A DNA stretch of 64,000 nt from a virus, in IMG/VR virus record IMGVR_UViG_3300001567_000262, positions 69,336 through 133,335 of that record. One strand, written 5' to 3'. This document shows, one piece after another, positions 20,201-28,989 of this stretch. The stretch's first letter is position 1. The number at the start of each line of letters is the position of its first letter. The notes beneath the pieces were generated by a model. The model saw only the letters and a program-made list of their open reading frames with translations, did not search any database and was not told the DNA's origin. The translations under genes and the position numbers were made by a program.

Positions 20201-21000
20201 GTTGTTTTTTGTGCATCAACCCATGAAACGAGTTCATCCGCGAGGCTCTCGGCTGTGAGCTTTGCGTGCCGGAACATGTCGTCTATCGCTTTTTTGGCGT
20301 CATTTCGGTCTTTATATTCAACCGGGTCCACATCAGGCATGATCTCGGCAAGACGACGGCGGACAGACATCAAATCATCGCGCCCCTCGGCGCTTTTCCA
20401 TGGCACTCCATGCTTTGACTCATAGACTTTTTCGAGGGTTTCCAATAATCCCTTCTGGGCCATCTTTCTTTCAATACGAGCGACCACAAAATTTTCTGAC
20501 AGTCCGATGCTTCTATAAAACTCGCCCAGTATTATTTCTCCGACAGAGTTCGGATTTGTCAGTGATTGTCTGCTTCTTATTTCGAACGCAATGGTCTTTA
20601 TCTGTGTGTTCTGTTTTATTTCGCCCAAACGCGCACGAATATTTTTACCTCGAGCTGTATCGGATATGTGTTTTGAAAAAAGATCAATGCACTTTTCGCC
20701 AGATGTGTCACCGATCTCGTCGTTTTGAAGCAAATATCCCAATACTTTTGAAAAATGGGATTTCCCTGAACCGAAAAAACCTGAAATCCAGATACCCATG
20801 ACATCTCTGGACGTTCCTCCCAAACGAAGGGTTTCGCTGACCTGGGTAAATGTATCGACTATTCGTTTAAGCTCATCCTCAATTTTGTCGGTGACGACAA
20901 ACTCCCGCATTTCAGTGGCCAAGGCCGCATCGTCATAGACCTTTACGACACCTTCCACCTTGACCCCGATATCCCTTTTGATTATTTCACGAATGGTCAT
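17266..21000 (-). CDS. brxC: BREX BrxC P-loop ATPase
   Basis: WISGFFGSGKSHF Walker A, FVIDEMG Walker B, FVTSQQ, CYPLLPHQ; 1244 aa. Confidence 0.92.
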   Translation of the reverse strand: MTIREIIKRDIGVKVEGVVKVYDDAALATEMREFVVTDKIEDELKRIVDTFTQVSETLRLGGTSRDVMGIWISGFFGSGKSHFSKVLGYLLQNDEIGDTSGEKCIDLFSKHISDTARGKNIRARLGEIKQNTQIKTIAFEIRSRQSLTNPNSVGEIILGEFYRSIGLSENFVVARIERKMAQKGLLETLEKVYESKHGVPWKSAEGRDDLMSVRRRLAEIMPDVDPVEYKDRNDAKKAIDDMFRHAKLTAESLADELVSWVDAQKTTGGKVQHLIFVIDEMGTFIGDSNEKISELNSIAEMIGNKGKGKVWLFVTSQQDLEKVVDRTNFQPALIGRLNARFELKPHLISDEINKVVSERILKKYPAQEPQLKKLYLDNEGYISQLADLKASRFLGTVDERAFIDCYPLLPHQIRLSQDIFEALSGFRLSGGVRSMISVVMTSLQEIADSEVGAVVSFDMIFDAVENDLLSQEYLGAAGVRSIRESDERVTGTPIDPAKVLKVLWLLQRVPWVPRISETIAKLLVTDFKTDIPQLRENVEKTLGKLQEAGYVARDEATGEWKYLDEQERTIEQYIQEMVRSGGSKSISIAAVRRTSQEITKMELTTKKKLLNFTVPYGITKVPFSYGVYLDGEAIETGSEIEVCFVSPLMSGRKQEIEEIKRRNQADSAKGRKVWWVADVPDNLELRFKRYEALVKVCGDKRFTEDTSKSTQDALAEKRKERDDLKTSLVKDLEQAFLKGTVYYGGLENELERATDFKEPVQTALTSVIPNVYPRFSIADKSYDFDKSIKAILNPATTALDKVAPDLGLFDSQGNLQQQSDLVAQVLEVLKDLEDEDIDPTGVALMDANDRKGFKGFSRAPFGWPDEILRIVLAACFRAGAVYMEQQSPGGPTPVYDYKGTNDNFQKINTFKKVTFRLAEISLSVEQIKLASKELIALGMNGIPESGNAIASAVRKLGEKLKSDLQDAKSRAEMGIPISDIVLDAGAALDEPVTIKDPTKAVTAFLSRAAEWKSFQKAMSAIRAFLDDNRHQAYFASRKLANLAANHPIPADNPESTRLGQALKDMDAIIGDKSVVDRWPDYRAAYETALGAYRGAYKDAYKKVQTEIENLINTIKGGSAYKNAPAESRDAVLEKVFGPGGPCNYPEIPLSSAETLLAAAAKSSLTSLAQTLMALPGYRGQVETELIGLAAPTKTGEAEKVCDWQPSQELAGKRLKTEADVDQTLSVIGEQLKTRIRKGFTVVIK

Positions 21001-21035
21001 TTATAGACCCTCCTGACAGCTTGTAATACGAGAGT

Positions 21036-21575
21036 TTATCTCCAGAACAATTTCACGGAAAGGTAGTTCCCTCCATCGGCCTGCTTCATGAAATGGAGTT
21101 TCCCACCACGTTCTTCTCCAGGAAAAGATAAAGCGATTCTGCAATTCAGGTCTCGAAGTCCGCGCAAAACCTCACCAAATCGGACGAGTGGATACAACGA
21201 TGAAGTTGAATACAGAATGATTGCGCATCGCGGTTTCTCCGATGCGATTTCTTCGATTCTTGATATAAGAGCAGCTTCTATTCGCTTGGAAAGACCTTGT
21301 TTCATCCATACGTAGTCGTCGAATTCATAATCCTTTACATCTTCGAGTCCGTCTTCACCCACTGTCTCAAACAGGAAAGATGAAAGATCGAGAACGAAAA
21401 ATGGAATGTCGCGCGTTTTGAGAGTAGGCAGGAAGGTATCATTTAAATATTCTCGGTAATCCAGTTCCTTGTCGGGCGGATATATCAGAATAATGGAATT
21501 ATCAGTCTTAACGCCGCCGTTCTGCTTCAGAGGCTCGCTCAGAATTTGAAGAAGTTCGTCGAACATTATCGGCAT
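21036..21575 (-). CDS. brxB: BREX BrxB (DUF1788-like)
   Basis: IYPPDKELDY...SFPGEERGGKLHFM...NYL pattern; position between brxA and brxC. Confidence 0.8.
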   Translation of the reverse strand: MPIMFDELLQILSEPLKQNGGVKTDNSIILIYPPDKELDYREYLNDTFLPTLKTRDIPFFVLDLSSFLFETVGEDGLEDVKDYEFDDYVWMKQGLSKRIEAALISRIEEIASEKPRCAIILYSTSSLYPLVRFGEVLRGLRDLNCRIALSFPGEERGGKLHFMKQADGGNYLSVKLFWR

Positions 21576-21577
21576 GA

Positions 21578-22360
21578 TTATCTCTTGTCCCAGTCCATTT
21601 CTACGATGTCGCCTTGTATTCGGAATCTGAGTTCGCCCATACGGTTGAGTTCGCCCAGCGCGTCTATTACTTCAATACCATCCAATGCCAGAAGTCGGAA
21701 TGCTGTGGAGCGCAACATATCAAGCGGCGATGTCTGTAGGAGATTTAAAGCGCGCAAAATAAGTCTGATGGGAGCGCCATATAATGCCGGTCGAACGCTG
21801 ACCTTCTTAAGTTTCCCGGTTGCGAGACCAAAATCTCTGATACTTGCCATATAATGCTGGACAACTCTCAAAAAAGTCTCATGCGACCATTTTTCAATCT
21901 CAGGATGCTTCTTCAAAGACGCTTTAAGAAATGTTTTAACATCCTCAGTTCTTAGTTCGGAAGGAGATTGTTTCAGACGTGGGTAAAGCCATTCAGTGCC
22001 TAAATCGAATACCATACGGTCATTCAATGAAAAAAGGATGTATGCAGTCAGCCCTCGTTCTGGTTCTGATTTACAGAGTTGCCATTCATTCCAGAACATG
22101 GAAAATAATGGTTGATTGCAATCAAGAACGTATCGTGGCCTTAGTTCCTTCCATTGTTTTTCTCTGGCCGACGATGACGACCGCGAAAGCACATTTTTTT
22201 CGACTACCAATGCTCTGAAACCATCTGTTGAGAGGGGCGTCTCGGTTGATTCCAGAAGAATTCTCAAATCCGTGTACATGGCTGAACGCGCCGATAATCG
22301 TGATTGGTAAGGCCTTCTGCCGTCCAACGCCGGTATCGTTATTTGTACTGCGTTATTCAT
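21578..22360 (-). CDS. brxA: BREX BrxA (DUF1819-like DNA-binding protein)
   Basis: YQSRLSAR, KNVLSRSSSSAR, WS.ET..RVVQHY...RDFGL; first gene of the operon; start ATG 22360 or GTG 22486. Confidence 0.78.
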   Translation of the reverse strand: MNNAVQITIPALDGRRPYQSRLSARSAMYTDLRILLESTETPLSTDGFRALVVEKNVLSRSSSSAREKQWKELRPRYVLDCNQPLFSMFWNEWQLCKSEPERGLTAYILFSLNDRMVFDLGTEWLYPRLKQSPSELRTEDVKTFLKASLKKHPEIEKWSHETFLRVVQHYMASIRDFGLATGKLKKVSVRPALYGAPIRLILRALNLLQTSPLDMLRSTAFRLLALDGIEVIDALGELNRMGELRFRIQGDIVEMDWDKR

Positions 22361-22507
22361 TTCTTTTTCTATTCCCATTGGCCCCAATGGGGATGTCGTT
22401 GAAAGGATTTTATTACAGTCAAAGGCGGTTAACCCCATATCGTTTTTGACATCCCCGTCATGTTTTCCTTTTCGAACTCTTTTCACTGCTCAAACAACAG
22501 TTGTCGA

Positions 22508-22516
22508 ATTATACCA
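22508..22516 (-). promoter_or_regulatory. Extended -10 promoter (TGGTATAAT) upstream of brxA
   Basis: Perfect TGnTATAAT on the minus strand, 21 nt before the GTG at 22486. Confidence 0.55.
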
Positions 22517-22556
22517 TTCTTTGCCTATAATGTTGATCTTGATGGGCAATCTTGGC

Positions 22557-22581
22557 AGTTGTTGCAGATTTTGCAACAACT
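22557..22581. repeat. Perfect 10-bp inverted repeat AGTTGTTGCA-N5-TGCAACAACT
   Basis: Read directly; ~40 nt upstream of the brxA -10 box and just downstream of the AbrB-like gene. Confidence 0.75.
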
Positions 22582-22619
22582 TGAACGATGATAATCCCTC
22601 ATTTCAACAATGGTTTCCA

Positions 22620-22844
22620 TCATTTCGCAAGCTTCCGAAGTGTTTTCTTATGGGTTTCCATTGCCTTTTCCGTCGCTTCTACAACCCGCTCTTTGTGCCC
22701 CTTACGTACTGGCTTGATGATGAGGCAGTCACCATCTGTCTTGATCTCAAGTTCGGTGTCCCGATTGATTCCCAGCAGATCGAGAATCGGGCGGTCGATT
22801 ATGAGCGCCAGGCTGTTTCCGAGCAGTGAAAGCTTCTTTTTCAT
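22620..22844 (-). CDS. AbrB/MazE/SpoVT-family antitoxin-like protein (orphan)
   Basis: LLGNSLALIIDRPILDLLGI..DTELEI..DGDCLIIKP swapped-hairpin signature; no toxin gene follows. Confidence 0.85.
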   Translation of the reverse strand: MKKKLSLLGNSLALIIDRPILDLLGINRDTELEIKTDGDCLIIKPVRKGHKERVVEATEKAMETHKKTLRKLAK

Positions 22845-22910
22845 GAGTAGCTCACTTCCGTTATACCGTTGTTAGTACCACAGCATATCACAAAAGGGAT
22901 TTCATGAGAA

Positions 22911-23330
22911 TCATTTCACTGAATATTCCGCCCATTTTTCTCTCTGCTGCGACCAGTCAGGCTCCCCAGCGATTTTGCGAACGTTTCTTTCAGTGATTCT
23001 GTCGTGACCGCTTTCGATTCGGGGCATGAACAGTATTTCTTCCTGGATTTCGGGCGCAAGAAGCGTCAGGTTCATGATTTGTGTGATACGGGCGCGGGTG
23101 AGTCCTGTCAGGTTAGCAATGTCGGCGTAATCTTTCATGATCCTCAGGGCTATGAGCTTTTTCAGGTAGATTGCAAGCGCCATAAGTCGGGTAATTCGAG
23201 GCAGGCGCCCCGGTTTCCAGGGCGGTGGCGTGGGTGCCTTGCCGGGGATTATCTTTTTACAACCGTCCTGAAATGCTACATGGATCGGAAAGGTAACTGT
23301 CAGCGCTCCGTTTTCTTCTTTAATTTCCAT
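22911..23330 (-). CDS. Recombinase-associated HTH-like protein
   Basis: RLMALA...DYADIA..TGLTRARITQIMNLTLLAPEIQE motif of the kind found downstream of DUF2924-LSR modules. Confidence 0.7.
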   Translation of the reverse strand: MEIKEENGALTVTFPIHVAFQDGCKKIIPGKAPTPPPWKPGRLPRITRLMALAIYLKKLIALRIMKDYADIANLTGLTRARITQIMNLTLLAPEIQEEILFMPRIESGHDRITERNVRKIAGEPDWSQQREKWAEYSVK

Positions 23331-23342
23331 GTCGGCGCCCCT

Positions 23343-24920
23343 TCATAATTCCGCCTTCAATTCCTGCGACAGGTCTTTGATCCCCATCGGATGGAAGGAA
23401 ATGGAAACCTGGCCATTGGGAACATCGTATTCCACCTTTTCGATGAGCATGGATGCAACACGCGCCTGTTCCTGCGGGTACAAAACATCCCAGACCGGGT
23501 CAAAAGCCTCCAGAACCCTCTTTGCGTCATCTTCATCAAAAGCCGATTTCTTTGTCATTACGAGTTCCGCGATCTTTTCTTCGAGCCGTTTCCTCTTTTC
23601 CGCCACCACACCCCCTATCTCGGCAACACGCTTTTTCATTTCGTTCTTTTTCTCATCTTCGGCATCCGGCAGCTTCTCCCGCAAGCGCTTTGCCTCAGAT
23701 TCCATTACGTCGATTTCCTTTTGAAGCCGCCGCGACTCGACTTCCAGCATCTTCTGCTGTTTCTGGTTCACTTCCCTCATTTTCGATATCGTCTGCTCGA
23801 TTACCTCCGGTTTTCTGCTCACTTCCTTTATGCGCTCGAAAACAAACTGCTCGATTTCTTCGGCGGCAATGTTTTTTGTCGGACACGCATGCCTGCCGTT
23901 TTTGTGGGCCGTCTGGCAGATGTAATATCGGTAGCTCTTGTTCTTCCTTTTTGTGAATGAATGAATCATCGGTGCGCCGCATACCCCGCATACGAGAATA
24001 TCGCTGAGCAAGGCGCCGTGTTTTTTTCTTGCGCTCCTTCCGCCGGTACTCCTGTTATCGGCAAGCGTTTCCTTAACCCTGTTCCATGTGTCTTCGGAAA
24101 TAATCGCCTGGTGTTCACCCTCGTAGATTTCATCGTGGTGCTTGACCTTCCCTGTGTAAGCGATATTGGTCAGAAGCCTGTGCAAGCTCGGCTTGTCGAA
24201 AATCTTTCCTTCAACGACATCATCGTTTTTCGTGATCCAGCTTTTTGTCATCCATCTTCGTTCCTGGAGTTCCTTTGCGGTTTTGCCCATGGATTTATGC
24301 TGAAGATAGAGATCGTAAATCTCGCGCACCTGCGTCGCCTCGTGTTCATTCACTTCAATGGTGTGCGTTTCACGGTTGATGTCGTAGCCGAGAATGGGAT
24401 AGCCACCGGCCCATTTACCCTTTTTACGTGCCGCCGCAATTTTGTCGCGGGTGCGTTCGGAAACCAGCTCTCGCTCAAACTGCGCAAATGAGAAAAGAAT
24501 GTTCAAAATCAGGCGGCCAAGCGACGTGCCGGTGTCGAATGCCTGGGTGACGGAAACGAAGCTGACATCATACTGTTCAAACAACTGGATGATTTTTACG
24601 AAATCAGGTATCGACCGGCTCAGGCGATCTACCTTGTAGACCAAGACGCAGTCGATTTTCCCATCCGCGATGTCCGCCATTAACTGCTGGAATGCGGGGC
24701 GCTGCATGTTACCGCCGGAAAACCCGCCGTCATCATAATGGTCCGGCACAAGAGTCCAACCCTCGTGTTTCTGGCTTTCTATGTAGGATTCGCACGATTC
24801 GCGCTGGGCATCCAGCGAACTGAAATTGGAATCGAGGTTTTCCGTGGTGGATTTTCTGGTGTAAACGGCACACCGTCTTTTTGTCACCTGGGTTTCGTTT
24901 TTCTTTTCATTTTTCATCAT
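23343..24920 (-). CDS. Large serine recombinase with zinc ribbon and coiled coil
   Basis: CAVYTRKST, SLDAQRE, YDDGGFSGG...RPAF, VYKVDRLSRS, CGVCG...YYICQ zinc ribbon; likely start ATG 24920. Confidence 0.92.
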   Translation of the reverse strand: MMKNEKKNETQVTKRRCAVYTRKSTTENLDSNFSSLDAQRESCESYIESQKHEGWTLVPDHYDDGGFSGGNMQRPAFQQLMADIADGKIDCVLVYKVDRLSRSIPDFVKIIQLFEQYDVSFVSVTQAFDTGTSLGRLILNILFSFAQFERELVSERTRDKIAAARKKGKWAGGYPILGYDINRETHTIEVNEHEATQVREIYDLYLQHKSMGKTAKELQERRWMTKSWITKNDDVVEGKIFDKPSLHRLLTNIAYTGKVKHHDEIYEGEHQAIISEDTWNRVKETLADNRSTGGRSARKKHGALLSDILVCGVCGAPMIHSFTKRKNKSYRYYICQTAHKNGRHACPTKNIAAEEIEQFVFERIKEVSRKPEVIEQTISKMREVNQKQQKMLEVESRRLQKEIDVMESEAKRLREKLPDAEDEKKNEMKKRVAEIGGVVAEKRKRLEEKIAELVMTKKSAFDEDDAKRVLEAFDPVWDVLYPQEQARVASMLIEKVEYDVPNGQVSISFHPMGIKDLSQELKAEL

Positions 24921-24937
24921 GTTCACCATTCCCTTTC

Positions 24938-25429
24938 TTATAGATTGAAAAACAAGTTGCCGTTCCAGTGGGAACCGGTTATTTCCCACGCCACACCCGA
25001 AAGCGATCTAAAAATGCGGCCATCGTATTCAAAACCTTTGTTCAGGACTTTCACGGTATGGTTTTCACCCTTATAATCTCGGCTCAGAAGCGTACCTGGC
25101 GCTGGCCCCTTTTTCTTTTTTGCCTTTGCTGTTTTGCTGTTTTTACCATTACCGTTTTTGATGTCATCCATCAGGTTATCAAATGCGTTTTTCGGGACAA
25201 CCTTTCTGATATCGGCAACATCCGCTATCTCCGCTGCCCGTTGCTTCGCTCTCTCCGGGAGCCCTCCATATTCGATTTCTTGGATTCGCCATGCAATCCG
25301 CCGCCACAGCCAATCCCGGTTACCGGAACGTGTTTCCTCCCCGAAAACTTCGCGGTACATCTTTCGCAATTCTCCAACAGTCATTCCCCGCAGTATGTTG
25401 ATGCGGGCTATCATGCTTTTCTCCGCCAT
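24938..25429 (-). CDS. DUF2924 domain protein
   Basis: IAWRIQEIEYGGL...PGTLLSRDYKG..H.V.V...GFEYDGRIFRSLSGVAWEITGSHWNG..FF. Confidence 0.85.
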   Translation of the reverse strand: MAEKSMIARINILRGMTVGELRKMYREVFGEETRSGNRDWLWRRIAWRIQEIEYGGLPERAKQRAAEIADVADIRKVVPKNAFDNLMDDIKNGNGKNSKTAKAKKKKGPAPGTLLSRDYKGENHTVKVLNKGFEYDGRIFRSLSGVAWEITGSHWNGNLFFNL

Positions 25430-25596
25430 GTCTTTTTCCTCCTGCTTTTTTTCACTGCATTATCGCAGCAGGGTGACAGTTTGCATGACATGCCGCACAT
25501 ATCAAGCTCTCTTTATTTGAGAGTTGATACCGCTATGAAACATCATAACATCGGGGTGTGACACTTTCGGGCATTTTGAGCCGGGTGTGAGAAATT

Positions 25597-26047
25597 TCAT
25601 TGTTCGTTGCCGGCCAGCCCGAAAAAAGCGTATCCATTCGAGTGCGAACCCGTGATTTCATTCGCAACAGCGGAAAGAGTTCTGTAGCAGGCGCCCTCAT
25701 ATTCAAATCCAGTCTCCAAGACTTTCACAGAGTATTCATTCCCCTTATATTTCTTCGAAATCACAGTTCCGGGCGGCGGTATTCTCGCATCCCTGATCCT
25801 TTCCTTCTTTTTCCTTGTTCGGACTCTCAACCCGAGCTGTCCGGTAAAGGCTCTCAACGGGAGACTTATTTCCCCCTCAGCATCGCCAGCAATTTCCGCC
25901 ATCCATCGTTTCGCCTTCGGCGCGAGCCCCGCGAAGTCCACCTCCTGCATTCTCGCATTCAGAATTTGCCATAATTGCCGGTTCTCATATCCCATAGCAG
26001 TGTAAAGGTTCCATCGGCATCTTTATTTCATCAAGTCATTTGCTCAT
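25597..26047 (-). pseudogene. Second DUF2924 copy with damaged 5' end
   Basis: C-terminal DUF2924 motif intact (25597-25995: PPPGTVISKKYKG...YRTLSAVANEITGSH.NGYAFF); SD GGAAGGAG + ATG at 26047 is followed by AGC AAA TGA (stop) and a frame change before YTAMGYENRQLW. Confidence 0.55.
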
Positions 26048-26442
26048 GCTCCTTCCTGTGATATTTCCATTTCTCGGCCTCCAATAGGTTACTTACTGGA
26101 AAAGTTCGATTTTGGTCGGGATTTTTGAAAATATTTATCCGGGACTGTTTTCATGCCTGAGTTCATTGCCCAATCCGAATGTCTCCGTCGTAAAAACACC
26201 TTCTACTTGGTAAAAGGGATATTTCGGGGCGTCGGGGGGACAAATAATATCAGATAATCAGAAAAGAAGACTTTCACAGCCATCCATCTCCCTACCTCTT
26301 ATTTACGAGCATCAAGGCCACAGTGTCGGGATTTCTGAAAAAAAAGAATGGAGATATTCACGGCTGGTTATGTGGGGATTACAGATCGAGCATTGATTCG
26401 GAGGAATTGGACGCTCAGTGCGTGGTGAAGCGCGAGGAATAG

Positions 26443-28947
26443 TTATATTTCCAGATTCAACTCGTTTTCACTGTCATTTTTATTGCTTTCACAAATGCTG
26501 TATCCGATTGCGCCGTATCCATGCAACCGCTTCTCATGCATTCTGGCAAGAGTCGGCACCTTCAGGTCGGCATAATCATATATTTGCACTTCTCCCTTAT
26601 TGTGATGCTGCCTGTGCAGGCGCCCCGCGTATTGCGCCAGCGTTCCACGCCATGAAATCGGCATGGCAAGAAAGAGCGTATCAAGGCGGGCGTCGTCGAA
26701 ACCCTCACCCAAATACCCGCCAGTCGCTACAAGTATCCTCGGCTCGGAATCTGGAATATTTGCCATTTTCTCCATGATTTCACGCCTCTGTTTTGTACCC
26801 ATACCTCCTTTGAGAACAATCACATTGCCGTAAACCTCACGAAGCCGTTCCGCGAAAAAGTCCAAATGTTTCTTCCGCTCGGTCAGAAGAACAGGTGACC
26901 TATCTGACTTAACCGCCGCGAGAACATCATCAAGTATCATTTCGTTGCGGTCTTTATTCTCTACAATTGCGGCATAGATGGCATGTATCGGAGGGTCTTT
27001 TCCCTCATCCGTGATTGTCTCCATTTTGAAATCTGTCTTTCGCACAATCACTTTGTGGTCAAATGGTCGTAGCTCCGCCTGCTTTTTCGCATCAACGCTG
27101 TGCAGAATTGGCCCGCATTGCATGAATATGATTGGATGATGTCCATCCTTCCGAATTGCGGTGGCTGACAGGCCGGTAACAAAACGCGCCTTGCATTGCC
27201 GAGCCACTCTTTCAAAACTGACCGCCGATATATGATGACATTCATCCACAATCAGATAACCGTATTGTCCGACAATATCGTCCACCACATCTTTTCTCAC
27301 CAAGCTCTGGATAAGAGCAACATCTATGAACCCGGTCGGTCGTCGCTTGCCTGCACCGATCTGTCCGATCTTTTTCGAATCGAGATTGAGAAAACTGCCA
27401 AGACGTTCAATCCACTGGTCCATTAATTGCCTTCGGTGGACAAGCACTAAAGTATTCACGCCGCGCTTTGCGATCATGTAAGTTGCGACGACTGTTTTTC
27501 CAAAAGCTGTTGTGGCCGCAAGCACACCTGCATCTTGTCCGAGCATCTTTTTTGCCGCTATTTTCTGTTCTTCGCTGAGTTGTCCATTAAACCGCAAATG
27601 AATCTTTTCTCCGGCGACCCGTTCGTCAATTATTTCGTGGCGGATTCCGAGAGAATCAAGCAGCTCGATTATTTCCACGAGGCAGCCCCGAGGCAATCCT
27701 ATGTGCCCAGAAAATTCCTCGGCACAGCTTATGATGCGGGGCTTGCCGAATGTTGACAGCCGCATGGCTTGTGCGCTGTAAAATTCCGGATTCTGAAAAG
27801 CGGCCAGCCGCACAAGGCGATTGATCAGAGCGGGAGGAAGTCCGTCACGACCAATATAAATCTGATTTCCAAGCACTATCCGAATACTATTTGGTAAGGG
27901 AGCTTTCAGACGAAGCTCCTGCGAGCGGCGTGAAGGGGGCGCCGTCCACGGTTGATCGTCATATTCATCTGTAATAACCATCCGCACACCAAGAATCCGA
28001 CCGCGCCGCTGTCCTTCATCCACTATCGTTTCGACTTCTTCCCGGCGCATTCGCCTCAATGACGATAAAAAAGCCCACTGATCCGCATAGGGAATAAATG
28101 TCTTGTCAATGAAAACACTATTGCCTTGCTCGCGTGGTTTCTTTTGAAGAGGCAATGCTATGAGATTGCCGAAGCCGCCCTGCGGCATCGTATCCTGGTT
28201 GGGAAAAAACCGGTCATAAGAATCAAGTCCGATTTCCGGGCGGCGTTCCATGGTCTCTGTCAGAAAAAACGACCCCAACTTACGGGCCAGAATTGCTGGA
28301 ATCGCCTCAGAAAAGAATATCCATACATGGCCGCCTTTACCTGACCGCGAACGTTCCAGCGCTGCAGGCACGTTATATGTCTCACATGTTTCCCCAAATG
28401 CCGACACATCTTCCCGCCAAGTGGCTTTGTCGAAATCGGCGGCAAGGAACCAACATGCTTCGTTCTCTAAAAGCGGATAAACCCCGATTGTGAAATCGCG
28501 CCGTGCGCCTTGGAACGGTTTCTCATCCGGGTTCTCTCCCAAGAGATGGTTGCGTATCACTTCTCCGGTCACCGGAAGAAGCTCTCGATGCAGGCAATCG
28601 CCGCACTTGGTTTTTCGTTTATCGCATTTCCCTCGCGCCCATTCGTTGGCGCATGCAGGCTGATAACCAGATTGTCCGGTTTTCAGGTTTTCCCATCTGC
28701 GCGGATATACATTTGCTCTGCCTCGAAAAAGCCCCATGAAAAGATCAAGCTTTTCCTTGGGAGAGGAATCTTGCCTTACCGGTGCGGCAGGAAATTCGTG
28801 ATTGGATGAAGCGCCAACCAACGACTCTCTTTCACGATGGAGTTTCTTTATGCGCAGTAAAATGTCGGCGCGTTCGGCATCCAGTTCCTTCAGGCGATGC
28901 TCCGCTTCATTTATGAGTTGGTCAATTTTAGTTGGGTTGCCGCTCAT
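26443..28947 (-). CDS. AEP primase-like (TOTE-associated type) domain fused to SF2 DEAD/DEAH helicase
   Basis: LFRGRANVY, FLAADFDK, ERSRSGKGGHVW, YDRFFPNQD..PQGGFGNLIALPLQ (AEP); AATTAFGKT, IVDECHH, GLSAT, GEGFDDARLD (SF2). Confidence 0.85.
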   Translation of the reverse strand: MSGNPTKIDQLINEAEHRLKELDAERADILLRIKKLHRERESLVGASSNHEFPAAPVRQDSSPKEKLDLFMGLFRGRANVYPRRWENLKTGQSGYQPACANEWARGKCDKRKTKCGDCLHRELLPVTGEVIRNHLLGENPDEKPFQGARRDFTIGVYPLLENEACWFLAADFDKATWREDVSAFGETCETYNVPAALERSRSGKGGHVWIFFSEAIPAILARKLGSFFLTETMERRPEIGLDSYDRFFPNQDTMPQGGFGNLIALPLQKKPREQGNSVFIDKTFIPYADQWAFLSSLRRMRREEVETIVDEGQRRGRILGVRMVITDEYDDQPWTAPPSRRSQELRLKAPLPNSIRIVLGNQIYIGRDGLPPALINRLVRLAAFQNPEFYSAQAMRLSTFGKPRIISCAEEFSGHIGLPRGCLVEIIELLDSLGIRHEIIDERVAGEKIHLRFNGQLSEEQKIAAKKMLGQDAGVLAATTAFGKTVVATYMIAKRGVNTLVLVHRRQLMDQWIERLGSFLNLDSKKIGQIGAGKRRPTGFIDVALIQSLVRKDVVDDIVGQYGYLIVDECHHISAVSFERVARQCKARFVTGLSATAIRKDGHHPIIFMQCGPILHSVDAKKQAELRPFDHKVIVRKTDFKMETITDEGKDPPIHAIYAAIVENKDRNEMILDDVLAAVKSDRSPVLLTERKKHLDFFAERLREVYGNVIVLKGGMGTKQRREIMEKMANIPDSEPRILVATGGYLGEGFDDARLDTLFLAMPISWRGTLAQYAGRLHRQHHNKGEVQIYDYADLKVPTLARMHEKRLHGYGAIGYSICESNKNDSENELNLEI

Positions 28948-28989
28948 TTTATGCCCAATTATTTCAGTATATTGTCTATATCGGGTTTT

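Larger units (their letters stand above)
1211..26047. mobile_element. Defence island carrying BREX, bounded by two large-serine-recombinase modules
   Basis: Gene content; attachment sites not identified, so the boundaries are approximate. Confidence 0.6.
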
